Positions 63,948 through 64,000 of a stretch of 64,000 bases of DNA are shown piece by piece; the first letter of the stretch is position 1, and the number at the start of each line of letters is the position of its first letter. Origin of the DNA: Anaeramoeba ignava BMAN. Its lineage: Eukaryota > Protista > Anaeramoebae. Location of the stretch: positions 1 to 64,000 of the forward strand of contig JAPDFW010000054.1 of the NCBI GenBank assembly GCA_028826165.1. Direction: 5' to 3'. Both the position numbers and the translations under genes were made by a program. The notes under the pieces were generated by a model that searched no databases, was not told the DNA's origin, and worked only from the letters and a program-made list of their open reading frames with translations.

Positions 63948-64000
63948 TTAAAAAAAAATTTTCATTCCACTTTTTTTTTTTTCATTCCACTTTTTTTTCT

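Noticed and set aside
1-64000. Alternative genetic code or stop-codon readthrough
   Set aside because: Conserved proteins translate cleanly with the standard code; interruptions are explained by introns or homopolymer frameshifts.

Overview
Very AT-rich, gene-dense eukaryotic (protist) genomic DNA with GT-AG spliceosomal introns, read with the standard genetic code. The style (ANK/WD40-BTB genes, TCATTTT upstream of start codons, NQ runs) resembles Anaeramoeba-type metamonads, but that is inference. I can support 18 protein genes: a STRA6-like membrane protein with an Ig-like ectodomain (5'-partial), a PAP2 protein, WD40-BTB, an FG-GAP/FN3 surface protein, prolidase, TTC27, ARS2, ANK-BTB, Nup155, cap methyltransferase, LSm4, eIF3k, a UBE3A-like HECT ligase, MPP6, a low-complexity orphan, a HAT/TPR protein, C2-EML and Sly1, plus a 19th, a small ankyrin gene that the ORF track misses. 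Main finding: that ankyrin gene (58289-60298, minus) is built from 96-nt exons, each one codon short of a 33-aa repeat. The missing codon appears to be supplied by 3-nt microexons (AG-NNN-GT) in the middle of the intervening DNA: six microexons at five junctions. The only junction without one is followed by a 99-nt exon that already carries the codon. Long introns are filled with simple repeats that are nearly G-free on the sense strand. Several homopolymer frameshifts and 'ghost' exon copies suggest local assembly errors. I saw no RNA genes, transposons, inteins or CRISPR arrays. All gene models were spliced by eye with no transcript evidence.
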